Shown here one piece after another: positions 1 through 12,519 of a stretch of DNA of 64,000 nt (its first letter is position 1; every line of letters begins with the position of its first letter). The DNA comes from Octopus sinensis (Eukaryota): NCBI RefSeq assembly GCF_006345805.1, contig NC_043019.1, forward strand, positions 27,651,360 through 27,715,359. The letters run 5' to 3'. The notes under the pieces were generated by a model. It had not been told where the DNA came from. It searched no databases and was given only the letters and a program-made list of their open reading frames with translations. Position numbers and translations under genes: made by a program.

Positions 1-232
1 ATTGCCCACAAGGGGGTAAACATAGCGGGGACAAACAAGGACAGACAAAGAGATTAAGTCGATTACATCAACCCCAGTGCATAACTGGTACTTATTTTAT
101 CAAGCCCGAGAGGATGAAAGGCAAAGTCGACCTTGGCAGAATTTGAACTCAGAACATAATGGCAGACGAAATACCGCTAAAGCATTTTGCCTAGCATGTT
201 AACATTTCTGTCAGCTCACTGCCTTTACAAAT
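1..232 (-). mobile_element. tRNA-derived SINE, family B
   Basis: Matches copies at 9259-9490, 24112-24335, 31150-31382 and 63545-63742 (gttcaaattc...gtcgactttgcctttcatcc...cccttgtggg). Confidence 0.8.
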
Positions 233-502
233 ATTACCATTTGATAGGGTGACTTAACTGGCTCCTTGAATGAAATGTTTAAAATCGTTTTTTAGATAAG
301 TACTCAGTATATGGTTTGGGGTGGGATCGTCTGCATATAATTTTAATAAAGAATAAGTTTATAATGGAAGGATATTACTGATACGAATGTGGAAGAGAAC
401 TGCCTTCAGGAGCACCACTTTAAGCTGGAAGATTTGAAGAACTGCTTTCGGGAAGAACAAACTGAGTCCTACTGATTGGTTAGTTGTGTATTGAAGGGTG
501 AG

Positions 503-820
503 GGTGCGTGGCTTAGTGGTTAGGGCATTCGGCTCATGATCGTAAGGTTGTGAGTTCGATTCCCGGCGACGCGTTGTGTCCTTGAGCAAGACACTTTATT
601 TCACGTTGCTCCAGTCCACTCAGCTGGCAAAAATGAGTTGTACTTGTATTTCAAAGGGTCAGCCTTGTCACTCTCTGTGTCACGCTGATTATCCCCGAGA
701 ACTACGTTAAGGGTACACGTGTCTGTGGAATGCTCAGCCATTTGCACGTTAATTTCACGAGCAAGCTGTTCCGTTGATCGTATCAGCTGGGACCCTCGTC
801 GTCGTAACCGGCGGAGTCTT
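503..820 (+). mobile_element. tRNA-derived SINE, family C
   Basis: A box (ggcttagtggtt) and B box (gttcgattccc), central tgtccttgagcaagacact block; about 180-bp 3' tail shared with 42533-42715. Confidence 0.8.
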
Positions 821-1991
821 TAAGATGTGTATTGAAACCAGAGGTGTTGGCAACATTTCCTCAGTGGAAGGTGATATGTCACTAATCAGCAGCTTAATAA
901 CAGATGTTGATGTGTACCTTAGCATTCTTTAAGTATTTTAAGACTGTGTTGACAAAATCTTGATAATGAGTGATTCCTTGTGAGGTGCCATGGGAAAAAA
1001 TACATAAATAGCAGACAATTTGGGAATGAATATCTTACATTAATGCCTAAGAAAGGTTGTGTAGTGGTGTTAGTAATAAGTGCTTCAAACTTTAAAAGTA
1101 TCTTAATAATAGGATCATTAGAGAAAAGTGTTATTCCGATATATAGCTTGGTAAAATAAAGTTTATGAAGGTATGGCTGTCACATAAAATGTGCCTTAAC
1201 AATTAGCATTTTAGTGTTAAGATCTGCAGTGAACCTTTTTAAAGGGTGCTTCACTGGCAGGTACTTTTGTGAAAAGTGTAAGTGCTTAAGGAAGGTACCT
1301 TAAAATTGTTGTCCATTTCATAATCATATCCTTAACCCTTAGAATGCAAAAAGTGAATAAGTCCACTTAAAATTTTATTATTATTAACTGCAGAAAGCAG
1401 GTTTATCCCTGGCTTCCAAAAAAAAAAAAAAAAATGCTTCTCCTTATACTGTAACTATTGGAGACAACCCAAGTGATACTTTTTACAGATTAAAAATATT
1501 TTCACATATTTCATCAAATATTTCTTTAAAGAGCCACAATCAAATACTTTTAGTGGGGCATATGAAAACTGTTCCCACAGAAGATAACAAAAAAGTATTG
1601 CAGAAACAGAAAATATCAATTTTGTGTGAATAATTAACATACTTATGGGAATGACCATGAAATTTAATCATGGGATTAACAAGTGCCTAAGGATGTAGTG
1701 TTACAAAGTTAGAGAGATACCTTAAAAACTACAACTTCTGTGATAAAGTCTCCTTACAAGTTTTTTAACATTACCTTGGGTTATTTCCTAAATTATCTTT
1801 CTGTCAGGTACCTTAAGGATAGGCAAGTGCTTTGGTGGGAAGGATAAAAAGCTACTCTGTCATCATATATCAATATTTCAGTTAAGCAGTGCATTCGTGA
1901 CAAAATCTATGACACAGATAATTTTCACTAAGAAGGTGCCTCTAACAACATGGTAGCTCAGTGATTAAACACTGGCTGTGCTTCAGTTTAC

Positions 1992-2126
1992 CTGGATATA
2001 CTGTGGAGGTCTTAAAACAGTAGCGTTCATCACTGCCATCTTTACAGTGATTCACCCCATCACACTTCAACAAGGAATCAATACAACTGCCATCTTCACA
2101 TCGGAATCGACCCCATCCGCAGGAGA
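1992..2126 (-). CDS. Exon 22: LDLa7
   Basis: catgcAG|...|GTAAAC, phase 1-1, 135 nt; SCGWGRFRCEDGSCIDSLLKCDGVNHCKDGSDERYCFKTSTVYP; gene continues beyond the window. Confidence 0.93.
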
Positions 2127-2872
2127 CTGCATGGGCAGACGAGAACAGAAATAAATGGTAAGCGAAGAAAAAGAAAGAGAGAAGGAGAAAAAGAAATAAA
2201 AGAAAGAAAAATAGAAGGAAGAAGAAAAGAGAATGAAAGAAAGTAGGAAAGGAAGGAAGAAAGAAAGAAAGAATATAGAAAGAAAGAAAGAAAGAAAGAA
2301 GGAAAGAAGGAAGGAAAGAAAGGCAAGCATGAAAATTGAATAGGAAAAACAAAAATTAATCAGTAACTTGAAAGATTAATGAATTGTTAATGAGAGATCA
2401 ACATGAATAATTAACATAAAGGGTTAACATAAACAAATAATATAAAAAGATAAAATGGCAGATTAACAAATTATTTCAGTTTTTATTTTATTTCGATTGT
2501 ATTCCAAATTCGCTCGAGTGGAATTTGTTTATTCCTTAGGCAAGTATTTTGACACTCCTTAGTTTAAGTGAAATCATTTTAACCAAGATATACAACATCC
2601 TTTTTCTGCACCAGGCTATTGCAGTTCCAGTCTTCATCATTCCTGTTTCTTTAATGCTTATGTTCCATACTGTTGTGGATTATTCATGACTAAAACACAG
2701 TGATACCTCCAGTAATCTCCATCTCACTTAACCTAATCTCAAAGGGTCAATTAGATGAGATTTTAGTCATTTTGCCATTTTCCTCATGACTTTTCATTAG
2801 TCATCTTCTACCATAACAATCCTCTTCTGCAAACTTAATGTTCATCAGTTATTTGCCATCTATCTTTTTCAT

Positions 2873-3032
2873 CAGGGATCCCCAGCCACCAGGCTGCAGA
2901 CCCCAGTACTGGGTCATGGATAATTTGGTACTGAGATCCACTCAAAGAATAAATTAAAAAATTTTATTTCTATTTCATTGACACAGTCTTCACGATGTTT
3001 TTGAATTATATATGTAGTGTGTGTGCATGTAT

Positions 3033-3087
<55 letters not shown>

Positions 3088-3232
3088 CACATGCGTAATA
3101 TGGTTATATGTAATGATTAAATTATATATTATACACTTAAAAGTGTTTTGTTGTGCATGTCATCCCCCAGTCTGTGAAAACATTGTCTGGCATGAAACCA
3201 GTCCCTAGTGCAAAAAAGGTTGGGGATGGCTG
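2873..3232. mobile_element. hAT (Charlie-type) MITE
   Basis: Imperfect TIR cagggatccccagcc / ggttggggatggctg (12/15); 3' end aaaccagtccctagtgcaaaaaaggttgggga is typical of Charlie-type MITEs; TSD degenerate. Confidence 0.65.
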
Positions 3233-4118
3233 CTTTCCACTACACCTCTGGTATGTCTTTCATGTGATCATCATATGAACTGATTCTTGTAGTCTTTAGT
3301 AGTTACCATCTCAAGTCACTGGAACTTACATTTACTTAAGGACAGCCAATACGATACCCTCATTGTGGAATGAGAACAGCATGGCAGGATGTAACATATA
3401 TGTTTAGAAACAAGCGACATTATCGACTTGAAAATATTTCAGTTTAGGCTGAGAAGGAGAAGAGGCAGTGCCTCTAACCTTCGTAAGTTGATTGTGTTTA
3501 ATATTTAAATTGAAATTCTGCAATGTCTGTCTGTATGTACATGTGTATGTATGCAGGTATATGTAGCAAATTTTGTATGGTGAACTGTCACAAGGCACAC
3601 AACCACAACATAAGCCAAGAAAGCGATTCAAGAACAACTTAAAAAGGATTGCATGGAATCTGTGAGATTTCAGAACAGGAGTGGGAAGGCATCATGTGAT
3701 AGGAAAACATGAAAGCAAAGAGTCTGTGATGGGGTGAGCACATTCCAGTGAAATGCAAATGAGTGGTCATGCATAAGGAGATCAGCATGAAAAGACAATT
3801 TCGTTTACCCTACATTTCCGTGCCTAGTCTATGAAATCTGTGGCTGCATATGTATGCTTTATGTGTGTGTGTGTGTGTGTGTGGTAATGGCTTTCTGCAC
3901 AGTTTCCACCCACAAGATTTGTTCACAAGACATTGAAAAATGGGCTAAAATTCCTTCTGATCAGAACTTGAAACTAATTGAAACTACCCACACAGTTTGG
4001 AGAAAGTTTTTATTAACCATAAAGGATACACTACTGATTGTTAATCATTAAATGTTAATGTAAGTATGTATGTATGTATATATGCATGCATGTGTATTTA
4101 TGTATGTGTGTATGTGTG

Positions 4119-4150
<32 letters not shown>

Positions 4151-4812
4151 ATATTTATATTTACACTGAGACTATGTCAGCGGCAGTGACCTCTGACCAG
4201 AGTTTAATGAATGAAGACACAGAATAAATTGCCTTATTTGAAAACAAGTCAAGGTTGACATTAGGAAGAGCATCTTGGCTATAGAATACTACCGCAAGAA
4301 GTCTCATTCATCCCATGCCAGCATGGGAAAAGCATATATAAAAATAATGATGAATGAGAGACGGAATGTATGGTTTTGAATGTAAGAGTACTGAATGAAA
4401 CCATACTCATAATAAATTATGTGTCTTCAGTTCATTAGACTTACATGATCTTTCTAGAACTTATAGGTTACTCAGTATAAAATATCACACATACATACAC
4501 ACACACATACATACATGCATACATACATACATACATACATACATACATACATACATACATACATACATACATACATACATACATGTGTTTATTTTCCCTT
4601 ATTCCTTTCTGTTGAAGAGCATAGGCTCGAAACGTAAAAGACTTTTTCATTTTCCCTGAGCGTCAAACTAATATTCTTTCTTGGTGTTCATACACCTGCC
4701 TTCGTCTTCTGTTTTATATTTAGGCATTTGTATGTATAAATATATGTATATATGCAGACATACACCCGCACTCACACACACATATATATATGTCTGTGTG
4801 TGTGTATATATG

Positions 4813-4878
<66 letters not shown>

Positions 4879-5918
4879 ATATATATATAAAATTTATATA
4901 AGTTTAAATTATTTTAATAATTTTTTAATTTTTAACTTTTATATTTTTAAATTAATTTTATGTATTGGCTTATGTTTTTCACTGTTTGATTTGCCTAATA
5001 GTCGTTTTATCTCTAATTTAATATAATATATATATATATACACCCTCCCATCACACACCTACACTAGCACATATACAAACATATGGCATATCCATTTCTT
5101 TTTCCATCTATTAGAGTTATTTCCCTTTTATTTTAATAACTGACGAGAATGTATCGTAGGTCTTTGCTCCAACATTTGAAACTCTGAGTACTATAATGAC
5201 AACCTTTTACTATATGTTCTAAATCATAAACATATAAATAATCCTCTATTTTTCTAATATCGAAGTCTCATTCTTTTGTTGTTACAGTTCATTATTATTA
5301 TTATTATTCTAATATATATATATGTATGTATGTATGTATGTAATGTTACTATTATTAACTATTATTATAAACAGGGTTCCTATAAGGCAGTGAGCTAGCA
5401 GAATTGTTAGAATGTTGGACAAAATACTTAGTGGTATTTCACTTGTCATTACACTCTGAGCAAGTACTAGTTATGCACTGGGATTGGTGTAATCGACTTA
5501 TCTCATCTCCCCAAATTTCAGGCCTTGTGCCTATAGCAGAAAGGATTATATAGAGTTCCTTAATTTTGATGGTGTATAAGAACATTTTGTACTAATATGT
5601 GATATATAAATGACTAAGTGATACATGCTTTGACAGATAAGTTTTCATAAGATAAATAGAAAGGTAGCAGTATATGGAGTTGCAGTGGACATATTATGTT
5701 TGTGACATAAACTGTGATTGTGACAAAATAAGTGGTAAGCCATGCTATCATGCAATATGCCATACTTTGCAGTGATATCTTATTTTCATTTTGTGTGCAC
5801 TAATATTTCTATCACTATAGCATTTCCACATCACTACAAACAAAAATTCTATTAAGTTGTGGCAGTGCATTATCAAAACTCCAGATATAACATGCTATAT
5901 CTGGCCCCTCTTTAATAC

Positions 5919-6055
5919 CTGGATGTTGTGTAGTACTCTTAATGCAGTTTCTTTCATCTTTCCCATCTTTGCAGTGTTGCACACCATCACAGACTTCATA
6001 AGCTCAATACACTCGCCATCATTACAGCGAAATTGATCTTTTCCACAAATTCCTT
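5919..6055 (-). CDS. Exon 21: LDLa6 with a 1-nt frameshift
   Basis: aacAG|...|GTATTA; 137 nt (138 expected). GICGKDQFRCNDGECIE in one frame, YEVCDGVQHCKDGKDERNCIKSTTQHP in the next; break at CT^TAT (6000-6001). Not in the ORF track. Confidence 0.88.
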
Positions 6056-6345
6056 CTGTTTAATAATTAAAAAGAATTAATGGGTTTTCTTTTTCAATAC
6101 AAAATAAAGTTAAATGCAATTTTACAATCATACATATACTTTGTTATTGTTCCTAGGTCTATTATAGTTGATGTTCTTCAAATCTTCAAATTGGTTATTA
6201 TTATTATTACTGGTATTCTTAGTGTTGTTGTTTCAGAAAGGTTTTGTTTTTGTTTCATTGTTTTAAATTTATTTTACAAATGTAATTCATAATTATCATC
6301 ATCATCATCATCATCAACATTTTTATAATTATAATTATAATTATA

Positions 6346-6389
<44 letters not shown>

Positions 6390-7022
6390 CATCATCATAA
6401 TCATCATGATGTTTTATATTTGTTACAGTCAGCAACTTACAATAGTGAGAAGAAATTTTAGAATAAAAATATGAATACTAAGAATGTATATATATATAAA
6501 TGATTTAAAAAAATAAAAAATAAAACAAAAGAGAATTAATTAATTAATACTCATTTGGGAAGTAATTATAAGTCAAAACATATGAATATGATTTGAATAT
6601 ATATGTGTGTGTGTGTGTGTGTGGTGTGTGTGTGTGTGTGTGTGTATGGCTAGTTTCTAGCCATAAAAACACATGGTTAGGCAGATTTTTATAATGTGTC
6701 TTGTGTCTCCAAGCAATCTTAGGGCTCTATTCAAATGCAAGAGACAATATGCATAGACCCTAAAGATTGCTTCAAGACACAAGATGTATTATAAGGATCT
6801 GCATAACCATGTGTATCAATGGCAAGAAATTATTAGTAGCTCTTATTTGAATACAGTATATATATATATTATATATATATATATATATATATCATATATA
6901 TATATATATGATATTAGGGAGTATATCCAAGCTTACAGGAAAAATCAGATTTAGGATTAAATCAAATTTCACAGTTGCTTAATAGTGGTTTTATCTCTAA
7001 TTTAATTTATATAGATATATAC

Positions 7023-7064
<42 letters not shown>

Positions 7065-7127
7065 TATATATATATGCACACACACATTACACATTCATAT
7101 ATATATATGTATACATATAACATATAC

Positions 7128-7177
<50 letters not shown>

Positions 7178-7218
7178 GCATGCATATATTCATATGTATA
7201 CATACAACATACATATGC

Positions 7219-7249
<31 letters not shown>

Positions 7250-7619
7250 CACGTGTGTGTGTGTGTGTGTGTGTATGTGTGTGTGTGTATGTGTCTGAGT
7301 GTGTTTACATGAATTTCATATTATTATACATACATATCTGCAATGACAAGAAAAGCTATAAGTCAATGAGAGAGTAGCAAACAGTTGATAAATTGGTGAA
7401 GACTTCCTGGCCATTTCTTGAAGATGAAATAGCCAGGAAAACTTCCTGAAGAAGGAGAAGGCGTCTGAAAAATAATTGGAAATGCAAAAATTCAAAGTCT
7501 GTGAGAATCTACTGACTTCCCTGTCACCAATTAAATGTCTGAACCTTAATATAGAGGTACTCTGCATCCTGACTATCATCATCATCACAGTTTAGTGTCT
7601 GATGCATCCTGACCATGGC

Positions 7620-7768
7620 CTATATATGGTGTTAGGAAGGGCATCCAGCCGTAGAAACATTGCCAGATTGGATTGGAGACTGGTGCAGCCTTCTGGCTTG
7701 CCAGAACCTCAGCCAAACCGTCCAACCTATGCTAGCAGACATCAAACGATGACAATGATGATGATGAT
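7620..7768 (+). mobile_element. RTE-LINE 3'-UTR-type short element with (GAT)n tail
   Basis: ttaggaagggcatccagccgtagaaac...ccgtccaacctatgctagc + gatgatg; same family at 12520, 14695, 22230, 32524, 49340 and 59022. Confidence 0.7.
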
Positions 7769-7793
7769 ATATATACATATATATATATGTATG

Positions 7794-7948
<155 letters not shown>

Positions 7949-9258
7949 GTATATATATATATGTATATATATATATGTATATATATATATGAATATATAT
8001 ATATGTATATATATATGTATAATAGTAAACGAGAAAGGCATAAATTTTAAATGCCATTCATGCTTACTATGTTATGCCTGCACTTCCCCAAGGATCCTGT
8101 GGTGCATTGGATTGATGGTTATAACTTGGATTTGGTATCTGCATATCTATGTTATTCTGTAGTCTACAATGTTTGTTTTATTTCACAGTGAGCTCAATGT
8201 GTTTGTACCTAGCCATTTTTTAGCATCTTACATGTTGATGCACCTTGATTCTTAAGGAATACTTGTAAATAATTTATATATATATATAAATATATACACA
8301 TATACACACATGAGCATACAGACCAACACACATGTGTATAACTGAAACAATCTTATATCAATTTATTATTTAAATATTTATTGTTGTTTCCTTATGGCAT
8401 TACTGTGTATATAATGTTTATATTCAAATATCAAATGTTGTTGCGGCTGATATTGTAGCTGCAGACAAACACTTTTTCAAAGATTCATCCTTCCCAATTA
8501 TCTGTATCAGATTAATGACTACAATAGATTCAAGTCTGGCTCCATGCTCAGAAATTGTAACCTGCTCTCAAAATAGGTTGTAATTTCTCTCAGAGCTAGT
8601 AGAGGTAGCACAATATATCACTGAAGCAAGTCACTTACTCAGTTCCACCATCCCCATGAAAAAACAATAGTTAAGTAAGCATGAACATACTTAAAACAAT
8701 CAGTATGAACAATCAAACTATAAGTAAAATACATTAGCTCAACATTTAATATTAATTTGATGAGTTCAATTCATATGATGGACAAATATGGTCATATCTT
8801 GCCCCGGCCCTTGCCTCTTTAGACTATTAAACAAGCCATTTGCCTAAATATGATGATTTGATTGTGTATCTTAGATGTGTTTGAAATATTGGTTTAAAGT
8901 TTTGACTAAAATCCAGCATGTTCAAGGGATGGCGTAAGTCAATTACGTCTGTTCCCATGCTCAACTGGACCTTATTTTGTCGACTCTGAAAGGATGAAAG
9001 GCAAAAGTGAGCCTCAAGTGCCATTTGATCTCAGAACATAAAAACAGACAAAATGTCATTAAGCATCTTGCTTGGCATGCTAATAATAGTAGAAAAAAAT
9101 TTACTATTGGCACAAGGGGAAATTTTGGGGGAGAGGACTAGTCGATTACATTGACCCCAGTGTTTCACTGGTACTCAATTTATCGTCCCTGAAAGGATGA
9201 AAGGCAAAGTCAACCTCGGTGGGATGTGAACTCAGAACGTAATGGTAGACAAAATACC

Positions 9259-9490
9259 AATTTCTTTACTACCCACAAAGGGCTAAACACAGAGAGGACA
9301 AACAAGGACAGACAAACGGATTAAGTCGATTATATTGACCCCAGTGTGTAACTGGTACTTATTTAATCGACCCCCAAAAGGATGAAAGGCAAAATCGACC
9401 TCGGCGGAATTTGAACTCAGAACATAGCGGCAGACGAAATACAGCTAAGCATTTCGTCCAGTGTGCTAAGGTTTCTGCCAGCTCGATAGC
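9259..9490 (-). mobile_element. SINE family B nested in an older family-B copy, 16-bp TSD
   Basis: tggtagacaaaatacc duplicated at 9243-9258 and 9491-9506; host halves at about 9140-9258 and 9491-9560. Confidence 0.8.
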
Positions 9491-9763
9491 TGGTAGACAA
9501 AATACCGTTAAACATTTTGCCTGGCATGCTAACAATTCTGTCAGCTCACCGCCTTAGCCGCGTTTGTAATATCAAATGCTCACATATATTATTTTAATAA
9601 ATTGAATAAATTCCTTGAGAATAGGTGTACAACAGCTAAACACTGAATAAAACGTTGACAATGGGATTATGTTTCTGAAGTTTAAAATTAAAGAATTGGA
9701 TACAAGGTTTAGACTGAGAAAAATAATTAACATTTAATTTGCCAAGCAGATATGTTTGTATGA

Positions 9764-9798
<35 letters not shown>

Positions 9799-10087
9799 CA
9801 CATATATGTATAAGTCATTTTAATACTGTGAGCATTTGAGTATGAAAGAAAAATATACTAAATATACTATATGTGTGTGTATGTGTGTCTGTGTATAATA
9901 CTCATTTATATATTTATGTTTGTAATTGTGTCTGTGTGTGTATATATGAATATACGTGTGTGTGTGTATATATATATATATATACACACACATATATTCA
10001 TATATATACACACACATTGTCCATTTGAATGTTTACATGTATATGCATATATACATCTTCAGTCTTGCTAATATTGTGTTAGTTGAC

Positions 10088-10210
10088 CTGGCACTTGATT
10101 ACAGTCCGTTTCATCACTGCCATCTGAACATTCTGCGATTCTGTTGCATCTGTAGGAGTTCTTAATGCATTCGCCGTTTTTACATTTGTAGAAGTTTTCA
10201 GGACAATTTT
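10088..10210 (-). CDS. Exon 20: LDLa5
   Basis: ctacAG|...|GTCAAC (weak donor), phase 1-1, 123 nt; CPENFYKCKNGECIKNSYRCNRIAECSDGSDETDC. Confidence 0.9.
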
Positions 10211-10415
10211 CTGTAGGTGAAAACATAAGAAAGAATGAGATGGATGGAGTACAGTTCAACATTCTGGTGAGCTGGTAACAATATTAAGATAAAGAATCTG
10301 TATATATATATATAAATAAGTGGATAACTTAATTTATTTAATTTATATAAAATTTTTTATGTATTGGATTAAGTCTTTCTTTGTTTGATTTGCATAATAG
10401 TGGTTTTGTCTCTAT

Positions 10416-10446
<31 letters not shown>

Positions 10447-10859
10447 CTTTATTTTAAGCAGCAGAATAAAGCATATTACTCTACCACTGGTATTTGAGTA
10501 CTCTTTCTTCCACCTTGTTTCACATTATGTGTTTACTCCGGTATATATATATACACACATATGTGTGTGTGAATAAATATTGTGCATGTGTGTGTGTTTT
10601 GTTGTTATTGTTAGTGTTGTGTAACCATCATATCAGCTTTGATTCATTAGACCAATGATTAGAGATGTTTTAAGGCCTGATAATCCAAATGTATTTTTCT
10701 GGCATAATATATCTAGGACTACATTATACATGCTCTTAAGTTTTAAGATGTTGGGGTGTGAGCTAAAGATATTTGGCTAATATTTCTAGCAATCTTGACC
10801 ATGTAAGAACTCCTTCATGTGTATGTATGTGGGAAGAAGGGGGACAGTGCACATATTAA

Positions 10860-11013
10860 TTATGACAAACAGGAAATGTCATAATCTATAACTGACAAAT
10901 ATGAGACATTTCATTAGCTACGACTGACAAATATGAAACAAGTCATAAGCTATGACTAAAAAACATGAGATATGTCATAAGCTATAACTGGAAAATATGA
11001 AACATGTCATAAG
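10860..11013. repeat. 32-bp minisatellite, 4-5 diverged units
   Basis: ctataactgacaaatatgagacatttcattag-like units start at 10886, 10918, 10950 and 10982. Confidence 0.75.
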
Positions 11014-11534
11014 TCAAAAAAGGTAGGCCAACTTATATGCCAAGACGACTTCGGAGTACCAAAATTTTCATGTGAAATACTGCAGGATTTGGAAAGATAG
11101 TGATGTTTGAACCTTTACACTACATGTTTATGCTATTATATCATGTCAACTTGTATGCTGGAAAATAGAGTATTTTTTTCTTCCACTGACCAAACCTATT
11201 GCATTTTCCTTGCCTATTTCAGGTACTTTTCTGAAGCATTCTCCTACCTGCTGCTGTTTGGGATCTTCTGTTTGGGATTCTTGTAGGTTTTGACCAGCAG
11301 CTGTTCAATCTAAAGCAGCTACATATATTGACCAGTCTAAGATAACATGGCTCCCTGGCTTATTAATAGAAAAAAAAAAGCTGTGCAATGCAGAATTTCA
11401 CACCTTCAACTATTTGGCTGTTATTTCCAGCACATTGGATATCTACCTATGGGCTAGCTGCCTCATCCGCTCATGTATTTCTGTATCATTATTGTGCGGT
11501 AGTTGTGTTAATTAATGTTATTAATTATACATAC

Positions 11535-11897
11535 GTTTGCAGTTTTCCCCTTGAGCTTGAACATCATCAATGGTTATAAAGGATGCCATATCTGGATTCA
11601 TGTAATAAGCCTCAAACATAAACGATTTGGTGTTATTGGGGAGAGGCAGCCTGACCAGTTTCCAGTGAGGGTATGCATTTTCCAAAATGACATTGCTGCT
11701 TTCGCTGTTGGTCCATATAGGTAACACTGCTGAAGAATTTTCTATCTCAGCCTTAACACTCAGAACAGCTTGGGTTGAAGAAGAATTACTGTGTGCAATG
11801 TACAAAAATGATATGCAAAGTATGTTGGAGAAGACTGGTGATTCCAACACAGCTGGTTTGTCTTTTGTTGCATTCGGGGAAGCTATCATGAACTCGT
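11535..11897 (-). CDS. Exon 19: MAM3 C-terminal half
   Basis: cttcAG|...|GTATGT, phase 1-1, 363 nt; AVLESP...CISFLY...W..VRLPL...FEAY...ITIDDVQAQGENC. Confidence 0.93.
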
Positions 11898-12078
11898 CTG
11901 AAGAAGAAGAAGTGGATAAATGAAAATAATATGTCATAAAAGGATGTCTTTTAATTATGGAATTTAATCAATTCCATTATATCACTGAACTCTTTTAATA
12001 CCTGTTATATGTGGATTGAATGCATAGGGGGATGGAGTTAAATTGACTCTACCCTAAAAGCCCACCTCGCAACCATCG

Positions 12079-12511
12079 TTTAAAAGTTTTGAATTAATTA
12101 TTTAAAGCATCTTACGATCGTTTCACAGAAGAGTTGTCCCTATAATGAAATCCTATATTGATAAGCATTTATAAACAATGCTTCTGCTCTTCAGAGATAT
12201 AAAATTTGAATTCTATATAACATATCGAATGGTAGTTTTTTTTAAAATTTGAAGTAAAACTATAAACTGGTGTTTATTTGAAAGATAAATTAAAAATTAA
12301 AAATTACTGCTTTTGATGAGAGTCTTTAAATCCATATATGCTTCCTTGGTTATTCTTCTGCGATAATCCATAATATTCATATGTAAAATCCGTTATATTA
12401 TCTTGTATTCCAAATATAGTTCATATAGTTAGTTTAGGATTTCATTATAAGGACAACTCTTCTGTGAAACGATTGTAAGATTCTTTAAATAATTAATTCA
12501 AAACTTTTAAA
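12079..12511. repeat. Inverted repeat with about 77-bp arms (Penelope pLTR-like)
   Basis: 12079-12155 is the near-perfect reverse complement of 12435-12511; the left arm overlaps the hammerhead. Confidence 0.8.
12108..12200 (-). ncRNA. Minimal type I hammerhead ribozyme
   Basis: Minus strand ATATCT-CTGAAGA-GCAGAAG...CTTCTGT-GAAA-C-GATC-GTA-AGATG: intact core, 7-bp stem II, 5-bp stem I, palindromic GATC loop, GUA site. Confidence 0.75.
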
Positions 12512-12519
12512 CTGTCATA

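Noticed and set aside
359-480. Possible terminal exon VGLSLFFPKAVLQ...ILPL*
   Set aside because: Acceptor is plausible but the peptide has no domain support and the ORF overlaps a SINE; cannot be supported without transcripts.
503-575. tRNA-like sequences (also 16307, 42840 and the family A heads)
   Set aside because: They are SINE heads followed by SINE bodies, not tRNA genes.
4605-4650. TTGAAGAGCATAGGCTCGAAACGTAAAAGAC, hammerhead-like (related copy near 35700)
   Set aside because: C3 is missing, the hairpin overlaps G8/A9, and there is no helix III or NUH site.
8070-8165. Candidate exon [23 protein letters not shown]
   Set aside because: Phase is incompatible and there are stops at the natural acceptors.
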